Positions 9,401 to 22,500 of a stretch of 64,000 bases of DNA are shown here, piece after piece. Origin of the DNA: Ministeria vibrans ATCC 50519 (taxonomy: Eukaryota > Protista > Filasterea); contig CALSCP010000257.1 of NCBI GenBank assembly GCA_943704425.1, positions 13,403-77,402 of the forward strand, given 5' to 3'. Made by a program: the position numbers and the translations under genes. The notes beneath the pieces are model-generated. The model did no database searches and was not told where the DNA came from. It saw nothing but the letters and a program-made list of their open reading frames with translations. Each line of letters begins with the position of its first letter. Within the stretch, counting starts at the first letter, position 1.

Positions 9401-12400
9401 CTGATTGCTCTCGCCGTTGCGTACGAATCGTTGCGCGATGGTCACTGCGATCGTGCCGTAACCGCCATTGAGAGTATCGGCTTAGATTGTGTCGAGCCGT
9501 TGCGTGAGCTTTTGTACAACACAGTAGACCCGTGCGTGCGTCGCCATGCAGCTGCCGAACTGCAGCGTCGTGGACAGCTCAGCGAAGACGAAAGCAAGTG
9601 TCTAGCTTGGGATGAGTGGTCGCACGCCAACAACAATGGTCGCTATGAAGTGTGTCGCGCCGCCGTGGGCCAGTCGCTCAACCCCGTCGAACCCATGCAC
9701 GACGACAGTGTTGTACGTAGCGGTTCCGTTACCGACGGGTTTCACACTGCCTCACTTGTCGATGTGCACAACCCAGATGCGTTGGTGAGGGCTGTCATTG
9801 CCGACGACAACAACATCATCAGCAACAATTTGACCACTGCCAACAGCTGTGACGGCGACGACGACGATGTGGAGGACTCGCCCGGTGCTGCCTACTGGCA
9901 GGCGCCTCTCGCATGGCTTCTCGACTGGGACGCGACCACTCGCTCGTTGTGCCGTCTCGAGGCTCACGGGACACAGACGTCCGACGACAGTGATGGCACC
10001 CACTGTGCGGTGGCACCAGAAGTTGCACTACAGTTTTATGTGCGCCGCGCCAACCTTGCCGCTACCAACAGCTGGTCGCACAACGCGTCTGCAGTCTCCT
10101 TTGAACACGCCGCGCCTTTCGTGCGCGACCACGTCGCTATTCACGCGTGTGAGCAGGGTACATCACTGCCAACTCGCATTGCTTTGGAGCCAGCCTCGCT
10201 GTTGCGCGTCGTTTGTCTTGCCGAGCGTCTTTTCTCGCCAACTCTTCGTCGTGAACAGTGGCATCCCGCCGTGCGTGCCGGCGGTGACGCAGCTGCCTTT
10301 GATGCGTTTATCGTTCGTCTGTGTCGTCGTCATGCTCTTCACGAAGTTCTCTACAGCTATCTCGACCGTCTGTCGCTTGCCACCACACCTGACGCTGCTC
10401 ATTCACTGCTGTCGGTGCACGACAGCGACATGTACACGGACACAAGGAACGACAATGAATCCGAGTCGGACGCGTGGATCGAAGCGTTGTTCCATTTCCG
10501 TCTTATTGCCGACAAAGACCGTGTTGTGCGCGCGGACGCGTGTCTCCGCGCTTCACTGGCCTGTGGCAAAGCTCTGGGGATGACCACCGTTGTCGACATG
10601 ATTGAGCGGGGGCGTCCACTCATGGCACTTGCTACGCTCATGTTTGCGGGCAGTGCTCTGTCGGAACACGTCAGCACCGAACAACTGCGCCTCCTTGCTG
10701 CACCCTATCCCGAACTCGAGTTGGCACTCTTTGAAGACGAGCTCGCTGGCGACACTCTGGACGCCGCCACCAATACTTTTAATGTTTACTCGATGCTCAA
10801 GCCTGAAGGAGGCATCTCGCCGGACACGGTGCTCGCTTGGCGTAGCAGCGATGGTGCCGAAATGCCTCACTTCAGTGACCCATCCATGTTGGAAATGGCC
10901 GACACCGCACGCGCTGGTAGCGGGGGTGCCGAGGGTGGTGTTCCCATTAGCGAAAAGATTCTTTACTTTCTCGGCAAGGGACGTCCACTTGAGGCATTGC
11001 GCTGTGCGGGCACGCACGCCCATGATTACATTGACAACGTCGAGAGGTTTGCCTATGCGTCGTTGGCGACGACCCGCGCCTCGTCGGCCTGCGTCGTCTA
11101 TTTGCTACATGTGTCGTGTCCCGTGAAACGTCTTGATCGACTACGCGTTCGCCTTGCCGTTGGCATCCGCGTGTTGCGTGGTCCCAGCAACGACGGGAGT
11201 GTTTCTCTGTCTCCAGCGGATACGGCCACTCTCGTGGCCGCACTCTCTCTCGCGGAGCCGGCCGAACATGATGATAGGGCGACTCTTTTGGATGTGCGCG
11301 ACCGCGCGAGTGCAGCTACAGCACAACTGGCGAAACGGCGTCGTGTGAGCCCAGGATCGCCCGAAGAGCGTGCTCTCTATGCGGTTGTTCAAGCGTTCTG
11401 TCGCGACGCGCGCCTTTCGCTGGATACAACCTACATTGAACATTGTGCGGCGCGCAATGATTGGCTGGCCTTCCTTGCAGCAGTGCACGTAGATTGCATC
11501 GACCACGAGGACGCAGCCCGTATCGTCAGCGAACACACGACGGACGTGCCTCTTCGCGAACACCTTGCAACCTTCTTGCGTCGTCATCTGCCGTCGGATA
11601 ACTCGTTGCCTTCCGCCATGGCCAACGACGGTGGCGATGATCCCAACGTAAACGACGATAGTGGCATGTCCAACGATTTGTTTGAAGTGGTCGCGCAACA
11701 TGGGCACAGTGTGGAGACATTGTTGCAAGTGGCACGCGACACCAATCGACCCTTTCTTGCGGTTCTCGCGGCGGCTAGCCAGGAGACAAGCCGCACCGAA
11801 ACGGAGGAGTCGCTGACATCCGAGGCATCGTTGCGTTTTGCCGACGCTGCCTACACCTGGCTGCGTTGCTCGTGTGCCGACGTGCTTCAGCGCAAGGCGT
11901 CGGCGTCCCTTACGACGACACGCGTACCCGTGGTGGTGGTTGACGCGAGTGGTGGCCCTGCTGATGGCGTTAATGACGAGGAAGACGCGGCAGAGCTTAT
12001 GACATTGGCATTTGTCGAGGCTGGCGACACGGCCTCTGACCGATTTGGACGCTTGTGTGTGCTACTTGCAGGCGACGGTATGTGGCGATCGCTCTCGGAT
12101 TGTCTCATCATCTTTGATCCTTGCTCGCCTCTACTGCGTTTTATGCAATTTGTGGAGGCGCTCGAGCAGCGTCGCGAGGAGGTTGCTAAAGACCATTTGG
12201 CGGCGTACCTGGCGCAAAGCCAAGGAGACGCGTTGTACGCATACCGCATCGGTTCGCACGTGTGGGTGCGCCAAGTGGCCGAGCAGTGTTGCACAGCGCT
12301 TCTTCGACGATGCACCACGTCGTACGAGCGCACCCAGCTGCTTCGGATGCTCGGTGATGACTTCAGTCCGGCCATGGCCAAGTTGCGCGGCGTGCAGACG

Positions 12401-14482
12401 GTACTCGAGGAGGCAGGTGTCGCCGTGGTGCCCCACGCGAACCCATCGTCGGTGCGTCGTCGGCTCATTGACGCATGTGCCTTTGATGCAGCACGACAGT
12501 ACGCGCGTGCGTACGGACTCGCCACCGAGGAGATCACCCTGTTGGAGATGGAGCATCAGCTACGTCGTTTGCGCACCAGCTCAATGTATGGACGAGCTCA
12601 CGCTCGAGAAGAGTTTTTTATGCGATGCCATGAGACCTTCCTCCAACACGCTTGCGACCTTGACAGTTGCGGTGCATTCTTTGAGCGTCTCTCCGACTCG
12701 GATGTGGAATTGCCGTCGCGCGAACGTGCCATGTTGTTGGGACTTGCCCTCATCTGGTTTGACGGAACGGCGCGTGGTCAGGATGCCGACAAGGGCCGTG
12801 TGACCAAGAGTGCCGAGTACCTACAGCAGCTGGAGAATCGAATTTGGCTCATGACCATTGCGAGTGAGGCGGAGGTTCAGTCGCGTCTTCTGAGTGGCAC
12901 TGTAGCATCCAGCACTGCTGCTGCTGGTGGTGGCTCGCCTGGGCGAGCGCGTTCCGGCTTGGCGGCGCTTCTTTTGGATGCGGCAGTGTCGCCGGGACGC
13001 ATTGGCACACAACGTACCTTCTCCTTTCGCAGCGACGATGATGTCAGTGATGGAACTGGTCGTTCTGGTGGCGGAGTAGGTGTAGGCTCGTCGTCGTTGC
13101 CGTCGTCGTCGCGTCGGCGACCCATTGACTTTGTGCTGGCCGTGCTGAACCGTCGTGACTTTGCGCACGATCTCATTGGAGACGCAGGCGCTGACGAGAA
13201 CGACGCCTTGACGGCGCTGCAGTCGCTCAATGACAGTAGGAGTGACTCAGGCGATGGGGGTGAGAAAGAGGCCGAACAGCCGTCGTTGTTGACGTCCCTC
13301 CACGAGTTGCGTGCGTTTGAGTTGATCATTGGACGGCTGTTAGATGCCGGTTCGTCGGCCCAAGCACGGCACTTGTGTCATCACTTTCGACAGCCATCGC
13401 GCGATCTGGGAGCATTTGATGTGGCCGTGGCCGTTGCAAAGGGTCTAGTGTCGACGACCGAAGTACCCGCCTACCTGGCGAGTGTAAAGGCCATTGCGTC
13501 GGCGACGGCGGGCAGGACAAGCTCGGGAGCGGATTTGACGGTGGTGGATACAGGGTCCATGGAGGCAGTGCAAGTGCTGGAACATTTGCGGACATGTGTG
13601 GCGATTCACGCCAAACGGTGTTTGGATCGCGTGAGTGTGTGCTATGCGGTGGCACAGACGCTCAACTCAACCTACGACATGGTAGTGTCGCGCGATCCAC
13701 TCGACACGCTCAAGCAGCTGTTGATGTGTGGTCATGCGAGTGTGTACACCCTCACCCAGCGGTTTCTGGCCGACATGGGTACCGAGTCCAAAGTGGTTGC
13801 CGAGCGTCTGTGTGACATTCTGCTGCGCGTGCTTGTCGACGAACATGCCTCCATTGTCGATGAGGGACAGCTTTTGTCGGGCCCCGGGTTCTCTCTTGAC
13901 CCCGGTCTGAGCAACTCGGAGTTTACGCAGTGCGCCAACCTATGTAGCGACCCAGGAGACCTTGGGCGTGCACTGGTGCACTGTGTGCAAATGAGCAATG
14001 AACCACCGCCCGACCAAATGACGACGGTCGTTGCGCCCGAGGTGGAAGTGGAGCTCATTGTACGTGCCCACTTCTGCTATGTGCTCGTGGGCAACATGGA
14101 GGGTATCTCGCATGTGCTCGAGCTGGTGCGCTCGCGCGTCTCCGTTTACGTCGACGCGCGGATGTTCCGTCTGCTCGTGCGTCTACTCACAGGGATCAAA
14201 AAGTACCGTGAAATGCAGTACATATTTGATGTGCTCCTCAAGCACGATCAGTTTGAGCTGGTGCTCAGCAAGGTATATAATAAAACGAGAGGCAGGAAGA
14301 AAGGAAATGAAAGAATGAACTTCTTTTGTCTTAATTATTACAGGTGATGGACAAGGGAGGACAAATGGAGTTGAAGATGGCGCTCTATGACTATCTGAAG
14401 CGCCATCGACCAGACGACCAAGTACGAAGGGGCATTTTGTATATTCTGTCTATGAATCGTTTTCTTAAACTGCATCTGTGTG

Positions 14483-14513
<31 letters not shown>

Positions 14514-15270
14514 TTTTTTTTTCTTGCAGGAGCGCCTTCAAATGGTCTTCCTGCATTTTAACATGTACCGTGAGATTGGGGACACTCTGAATGCACAGGC
14601 GGAGGCGCACTTGCAGGCGCTCCCCGTCGGCATGGCAAGTACTCCCGCTCTCCTCGACATCATGCAGCTCTTTCTCGAGGCTGCCGAGAGCTATGCCAAG
14701 GAGGAGTGCATGATGGTACCTTTTCACACTAATTTGTTGTTGCAGAGGATCTCTCTGACTTTGTTTTTTGTATTTTTTTTTTTGTTTGGCTTTCTCTCGT
14801 TGTAGCGGAATGAGCGGTGCTTATCAATGGCGCGTCTGATTGCGCTTCAAATCCGACTGCCGCGCCACCTTCTGTTGAATTTGTCTCATGACGAGATTCT
14901 CACGACAATGGGTCAGCTTCCGCGCTTTTATGAGACACATGTGGTGGCGTCGGCGTACGGCGTTGGCTCGCATCCCGTCGAGTGGGCGTCGGCCGTCTTT
15001 GCGCACGCTGTGCTCAAGGCCAACTTTGCCTTTATCGAGGACTTCCGTAAGGTCATGTCGCTGAACGAGTCGCTCTGCAACGACCTGGCACGTCGCTTCC
15101 GTGCGCTGCCACAAGCCAAGCGTGCTCAGTGCGTGCCCAACATGAAGCGTCTTCTGCTCGACTACGTTGACGATGTCAACATTCGCTTTGCTATTGCGTC
15201 TGACCTGCGCTTTGACGATCTCTGCGAGGCACTTCTTTCCTCGACCAGTGGTATTTTGCTTCAGAAGTAA
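6406..15270 (+). CDS. SPG11: Spatacsin (AP-5 accessory protein); first exon uncertain
   Basis: Exons 6406-6700, 6783-14272, 14344-14421, 14530-14715, 14806-15270. The C-terminal region matches spatacsin: VELIVRAHFCY..NMEGI, LLVRLLTGIKKYREMQYIFDVL, LKMALYDYLKRHRPDD..HFNMYREIG. Total about 2,800 aa. Confidence 0.9.
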
Positions 15271-15427
15271 TAAAATAATAGTAGAAATAATAAGAATAAC
15301 AATCATAGTAATAAGAATAAGAATAAGAATAATAATTTGTCATTAATTTTATTATTCTGACTGCTTATATTTTCATCTCAAACAAATTCCATGACGAGTA
15401 AAATTACACTTTTTTCTTTTTTCTTTG

Positions 15428-16114
15428 ATGAACAGTATTAGAGTGATTGCGTTCTCTGTTGTGGCTCTCGCCTTTCCTATTGGCGCTCTTGTGGTGGCGG
15501 CGAATCCTTCCTTGCGTTTCGTTGTTGCCAATGCCCTCTCTCTTCTTTACGGATTTGGTCTTCCCATTGGAATCTATGCCAGCTTTTTGCCCCTCAGGTC
15601 TCTGCAGGGCTGGACACGTCTGCAGCGAATGGAGTCTGCGGTGTTGTCGTACCTTTCTCTCTCGTATGTGACGCACTTGACGTGGGAGTTGGGCTGGTTA
15701 GCGTGCCATCCATGGATCATTGCGAATCGCGATTCCCCGCTCGCCTTTGCCTGGTGGGCTTACATCGACGGCGGCGATTCGCGCTACGCGGCGCCCACCA
15801 CACTCTTGCTTGTGATGGAGACTCTCTCTGTGTGCAACGGACTTGTTGGCTCTTTCGCGCTTTGGCGGTTTTTGCGCTCGAAAAGACGCAGTCACTCTGC
15901 CATTCTCATGCTGAGTGCGACGGCCGTTGTCCACCTGTATTCTGCTCTCGTCTACTATGCCACCGAGATTGTCGACGATTTTCCCAGTGTCCAACACACC
16001 TTCTTGAGCTTATACGTCAAGTTTTTCCTTGCCAACTCTCCCTGGGTCGTCACTCCTCCCCTCGTGCTGTGGTGGGCCTCTTTGCGTCTTGAGTCCACCT
16101 CCAAAGTCGACTGA
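15428..16114 (+). CDS. EXPERA/emopamil-binding-protein-like membrane protein (sterol isomerase family)
   Basis: Intronless hydrophobic multi-pass ORF with WWAY..GDSRY, METL, LYSALVYYATE and FFLANSPWVVTP, typical of EBP/EBPL. Confidence 0.75.
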   Translation: MNSIRVIAFSVVALAFPIGALVVAANPSLRFVVANALSLLYGFGLPIGIYASFLPLRSLQGWTRLQRMESAVLSYLSLSYVTHLTWELGWLACHPWIIANRDSPLAFAWWAYIDGGDSRYAAPTTLLLVMETLSVCNGLVGSFALWRFLRSKRRSHSAILMLSATAVVHLYSALVYYATEIVDDFPSVQHTFLSLYVKFFLANSPWVVTPPLVLWWASLRLESTSKVD

Positions 16115-16389
16115 ATCTAGGCCAACGATTTACGATACAGTCTAGTGCATTGTATGTTGTGGTTGAGTTTGCAAGGCGGTCTGGTTGTGTCTTCGCCTGG
16201 TGACTGTCTCATAAATAAATGTGTTGTAGTTCTATTTTCTGGTGCACAATAATATAAAGTAATAAATATTAGTAAATGCTTCCGCCGTAGACATAAAATA
16301 ATATTATGCTAAGTTTTCATCAATAACAATTATTAATTCATGATAGTGTACTGTTAGATTTGATAATAGATTGGAAATTGTCATCTCGT

Positions 16390-19341
16390 TCAAATGGCAT
16401 CATCGTCGTCTTCGTCATCGTCTATGTCATATCGGCCACGCGATACACTGGCGGTCGACGAGCGGGGCACGACGACGGTGGTTGTCTGCGCGGCTCCTGC
16501 GTTGGCAGCCAGTCTCCGACTCCCATTGTCACGCATATCGGCAAGGATCACCTCGTCGTCATCATCATCATCAAAGTCATCATCAAAGTCAAGCTCGTCC
16601 AGAGCAGCATAACGTTGACCTCGTGCCCGCGCACGGCCATTGAGGGGATTGCGCATGACAAAACCACGCATCGTGTCGGGAACAGCACTGGTGCCAGTAT
16701 ACCAGCGGTAGCCATAGTACACGACAAGCGACACGACAAGCACACTTCCCGTCACCACGCCCACCACCATCAGAATCCACGACGGCAACTTGTGTGCCGT
16801 CCCTCCCGCCGTATTCAAGGCGGGGTCCTTGGCCGCATCGTCATTGCTCGAGTTGGACAATTCAAAATGAACCGGAACTATATAAGAATTAAAAAATTAA
16901 TATGCTCGATTGCCAACAGCCAATAAATAGTTCATACCAATGACATCTTGAGATGTGCCATAGAGTTTCAGGGTCCAGTCGCGAATGGTGCCGGTGCGGC
17001 CGTTGGCGGCCTGGTCCAGCACGTGTAGCTTCCACTTCCCTTTAGGGTTCTCGCCCCAATGGGCCACGCTCATAAAGGTCCAGTCGACAAAGCCGGCAGC
17101 GGACGAGTCACTCGAGCGACGGGTCAGCAGCGTCGACGTCATGCCCGATGGCGACTCAAGCACCACTGAGAGATCACCGCGTCGCTCGTGCGCAATGTTG
17201 ACCACCACTTGGACGTGCTCAAGTGCATCAACCACCGCCCCCGAGTCGCTGTGACAACCCGTCGAGTCGTGCTCGAGCACCACTTCGCCCGAGCCATCCG
17301 GTAATGGCTTATTCGCTGTCATGACAGGCGACACACATTGATGCCATGCCCCCACATTCTTCCAGCTCTGTGCCATGGCCACAATCAATTCGGCGTCAAT
17401 CACGCCATACCCAAAGGTGTGACTGAAAAAGAGCCCCGCGCCATTCTTCACCCACGAGTCGCTAGCGTGCACCCGACGCGCCGCCCGCACCACCAAATGC
17501 TGCATGTCGCGCCACGTCAACGCCGCATTCGCCTCGAGAACCAGTGCAAAAACAGCCGATGCCAACGGAGCGCTGGCGGACGTGCCCGAGTGCGAATTGG
17601 TGCACGAGTGATGCAAATCGGTCGTTGATATACTCCGCGAATACGATCCTCCACTGCTCCACGTCACCGCCATCTATTATAATAAGTCATAGATTACGAA
17701 TCATTGTACATGCGAGGGCGGCGTCTTGTGCCTCTGACCTGAGCGGAACACTGCTCGGCATACCAGGGCTTCTCCTCTGTGTCCGTCACCGACCCAATCG
17801 AAATGGTGTACATGCTGTTTGTGTACCCTATGAGACAAACCATCATAAACCATTAGTGCTAAATTAATAATAATAATAATTATTATTATGATTATGATTA
17901 TGAGAATAACCAACAGTAATGATATAATAACGTAATTGGTATTGTAAAACTCACCATCGCAGTTGCAGTTGTCGCCGTAGCGACCACCGTTGCCCGAGGC
18001 AAACACAAATATATTTCCTTTTCCGGCACGTCCGCGCGTGATGCCGCGCTGAAAGGCGGCCGACGCAAGACGACCGGGCGCCTCGACGGTGCGCCCGTCG
18101 TCGTCCGGACCCCACGACGAGCTGTACACGTCAATGAGCTCTTGCTTGAATCCAATCGAGTTGGCCTCCAGCGTGTCAGTCACAGGTCCATCCAACATGC
18201 GCACTCCTGAGCAGGAAGAAAAAAAAAATAAAAAAATAAAAAAAAAACGACACACAATGCACGGGAGGTTGTTGAGATACGTCTTTAATAATATCGACCA
18301 TTAAGATTTTCTTCCGTTCTCTAGGGTACCTCCGACTTTGGCACCGTAGGCGACACCCACCCCGCAGACGGTGTTGGGATCGGCTGCAATCTCACCGGCA
18401 CAGCGCGTGCCGTGTTTGTTGATGTTCGTCGACTCGTAGCGTGGGTACGGATCCGGGTCGTTGCTATTGTAGTCGAAGCTAGCCTCGGCCATGTAGGACT
18501 CCTGGAAGTCTTTATGGTCGTGCTACAATAATAATAATAGTAACAACAATAAGAATAATAGAATGGGTTAGTACGTCTTATATCATTCCTGACGTGTTTT
18601 CACCTCAATGCCGTCATCAAGAACACACACTACGACACCTTTGCCGGTAAAGCCCTTGTCCCACACGGACTCGACATTGAGGTCGCGGCCAACTTGCTTG
18701 GTGTTGTGAATGTGCCATTGGTTGGGGAAGAGCGGGTCGACGAAATGTGTGTAGGCGTTGTCGCGACGCTGGCGACTGAGCGCCCTCTGCTGCTCGGCCC
18801 ATGCCACGCGCCCGTCAGCGCCAATGCGCTCACTGAGTTCCGCGTCGCGGCGGTGCTTCTGGTGCAGCCCCGTGGCAATGGTCTCTGCGCAAAGAACGGC
18901 AGTCAGAGAGCGATGTCATCCAAAACGAGCGAAAAACACCCATTTGCGCAACACCTACTCGCACACGGAGGGGGGAGGGGTTGGCACAAGAAGAGTGTCC
19001 ACCCCTGCATCCAACACAGCGTGCACTGAATCCCCCCAGGCAAACAGCACATACAGTTCACACACACACAAAAAAAGAAAAAAAAAAAAAAAAAGACAGA
19101 AAGAAGAGAAAATGTTACCTGTGTGGTCGAGTGGAGCGAGCGAGAAGTGGCCGTGGAGCCCGGCAATGCCGCCGAGAACACTCATGCCGTGGTCGCGGGC
19201 GACCTGCTCGGCCACAGTGCGTGTTTGCGCGGCACTCAAACTGCCGGCACTGTCAAGCTCAATGGCCCACGTATTCATGTGCACGTTGGCCGACGCGACA
19301 GCAACGATCGCCAATAGTCCAAGTCCTAGCCGCCACTTCAT
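16390..19341 (-). CDS. Furin/kexin-like proprotein convertase (S8B), type I membrane protein
   Basis: Exons 19341-19119, 18884-18604, 18522-18330, 18206-17955, 17827-17739, 17673-16938, 16877-16390. Signal peptide, prodomain ending RQRR, catalytic [29 protein letters not shown]-domain LEHVQV..RRGDL, TM helix, acidic cytosolic tail. Confidence 0.93.
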
Positions 19342-19596
19342 CTTGGGATGAATGACGAAAATTTGTGTGGTCCACTCACTCTAAAGTTCAAACTTTAAAG
19401 TAGAAACTGGAGATAACTGATCTTTTTGATTTTGCCGTCTTGCCATGCCGACGGGTAAGTCTGATCGGTGTGGGTTCACCGTTGGAATGAGCAGTGAAAA
19501 AAACTTGCCACAATGTCTGCCACTCTGACAGCCTGCTTTCGACATAATGATCAAAAGTTCTTATTCAAACTCCAATAATCCATTCCATTTGTTGTC
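19342..19596. promoter_or_regulatory. Putative bidirectional promoter region, furin-like/SKI3
   Basis: 255 bp between divergent ATGs. Confidence 0.5.
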
Positions 19597-22500
19597 ATGT
19601 CGAAAAAAGCTGCAATAAAAGCTGCTCGCGATGCATTGCGTGCCAAGGAATACGACCGTGCACTCGAATTGTCCTTGGGCATCGCTGAAGACGAGCCTCG
19701 AAAGTACGCAAGAACGTTTTGTGTGTCGCATCGCATTTGACGGCTCTTCCTCCTCCTCCTCCACAGCTACAATGCGCTCGTCTTTGGCGGTGCTGCGGCA
19801 GAAGGTCTTCAACACTATGTACAGTCGCAAGAGGTACCTACCCGTGACGGCTACACGTCACAATGTGTGTTGTCGTTTGATCCACACTTTTCCTTTCGAC
19901 TCACCGATAGCTTTACGAGCGCGCTCTGGACGTCGACAGCGATTCGCCTCTCGCCTGGCAAGGCCTTGTCAAGCTTTTTGATACGATGAAGCCGCCCCCG
20001 TCGGCAGTGGATCGTGTCCGTGTCTATCGCGGCGCGCTCGAACGACTCAGCGACGATACGAAGCAACGCGAGCTGAGTCTCCTCTTGACGCAGGCGCTCG
20101 ACGACAGTTGTGGCGGAACCAGCTCCAGCGCTAATGTTGACGTAGTGGTTGACACTGTGGCACGTTGGCACACCATTGCGTGCGACGACCATGGCAGCAA
20201 CGCGGCGGATGTACGACGGCGTGCTCGGGAGAGCCTGGCGCACCTCATGATGCGTCGTGCCGACTGTGTTGACCACAGTTGCGTTGCATATCTTGTGAGC
20301 GCCGTCGAGATTCTTGCCAGCGAGGCGAACACCGAGAAAGACAATGCGGATTCCACCTGCTGGGATACGCTCTTGCTAGACGCATTGTGGGCACGTGTTC
20401 GTACAGTCGGTACCTTGTCGCTCATTGCCACGGCAGCGCGCCGTTGTGTGGCGCAACATCCGCAGCTACTTGCCGCTCACGAGGCAATGTGCAATGTGTA
20501 CGCATTTGACTGCGAGCTCGTGAGCGAACACGAGTTTTTGCACCATGCCAACCAATTGGCATCGCTGTCAAGCACCAGCTCCGACAATGCTCCATCCGTC
20601 GTTCTTTTTATGCGTGCAGCCAGCTCAGGCGACAATGATGCACTCGCAACACTTGCCAATACGCCGGGCGCCTATCCTCTGGTGCACCTTGCTCTCACTG
20701 ATGCTCTCATGGAACGCGGCGACCATGCTCAGGCTCGCCTCGCCGCCAGCGTCAATCCTTTTCCTCAGCTCGCGTCATTGTCTTCCTCAGCACCACCCAC
20801 TCCCGACAGCAGCAGCAGCAACAACAACAACACGGATGAGGCGGGCACCTCGACGACGACTGGTTTTGACATATCTGTGCGACAGCTCGATCCCAAGAGT
20901 CTTTGGCTCAGCGATTCGCTGCGCGTCTGTCGTGCCGAAATTGCCGCGCATCTGGGTCAACACGCGCGCGCATTGACAGCTCTTGAAGAAACGATTGAAG
21001 CATCACCCCACCGAACGGCTGTCGTGCGCGCACATCTTTCGCGTGCACAGCTTGTCGCCGCTCACAGTAGCGGCACCGACAGCTCACCCTTGCATGCTTC
21101 GTTGCGGTCTCTTGTGGCGCTCTCCTTGGCCACACTCGATGCACGCGTGCTCGAATCACTCACGGCCGCTGTCGATTTGTCCACACAAAAGGGCTCCTCT
21201 GTGCCACAGCACACGCGTCTACTGGCGATGGCTCGCCTTGCTTGGCTGCGTCGCGACATTGAGACGCTTACAGAGACGGCCGCCGCCAACAGCAACAGCA
21301 AGTGTGCCTTTCCGTCGTACGAGATTCTTTTACGTCTCGGCGTTGCGCTGCTCGCTCGAAGCGGTGCCTCGATGGTCACTGTTGAGTGTCGCGATGCGCT
21401 CCTCAAGGCTGCAAAGCTTCGCCCGAGCGTCGCACTGTGTTTTGAGGCACTCGGCGACTTCTACGAGGCGACTGCTGATCCGGCACGCGCTATCAAGTGT
21501 CGTCGTCGTGTGCTACTTTTGGATCCGGCGCATCCTGCAGGACCCGCCCTCATCCGTACTATGTCCGATAGTGATCCGGAGAAGTGCGCGTTGCTGCAGC
21601 AGATTACCACGGCTGCAGGAAGTGGCAAGGCGCGCTGGGCCTGGCTTGCGCTTGCGACTTTGCAGCGCAGTGCAGGCGACACATCGGCAGCGGTACTCTC
21701 GTACCAGGCAGCGTTGAGAGGAAACACACGCGATCCTCAAACTTGGCGATTGCTTGCCTCGTGCTACTTGGCCGAAGGCAAGCAAATTGCTGCACTCAAG
21801 GCGTACCGTCATACGCTCACCATGGACCCAGCTCACGTCGAGACCCACTATGCGATTGCGACGACACTCGCCGCCATGGGCAGTTTCACAGACGCGATTG
21901 GCGCGTATCGCGCTGTGCTTCACACTCCCGATGGCGCATCACATGTACCAGCCCATTTTGGCATTGCAAACGCTCTCCATGCCAGTGCACGCGAGCACTT
22001 GTTGCAAGGTAGCGTTGCGCGCGCCTCCGATATGCTTCGTGACGCACTTAAGCATGCCTTTGTCGTGGTCACCGCTGCCGCCGTGGCCGCTGAGGGTCGA
22101 GGGTCGGTGTGCGCCTGGAAACTCGTTGGTGACTTGTGTACACAGTTTCATCACCTGCCCGAACACCTCTGCCATGTTGTCGACGAGGGTGGCGTCAACG
22201 TGTCCTCACGTTCGCATGTGCTTGCGTTGGGTGCGCGTGCCTACGAACGTGCCATCAGTAAGTCCACCGATCCAGTTACGGGAGCGCTCTGGCACGATCT
22301 GGCACTTGCACGGTACTACACGGGTGACCGCGAGTCGATTGTAAAGGCACTTGAGGCTGTGCGGGTTGCGATACACATGGTACCGCGTCAAGTGGAGTTT
22401 TTTTGCACGGCCGGAGTGATTGCCAGCCATCCTCTGTCACGCAACGCCCGCTTTGCTCAACACTGCTTTCTGCGAGCGATTCAACTTGATCTGGCCAATG

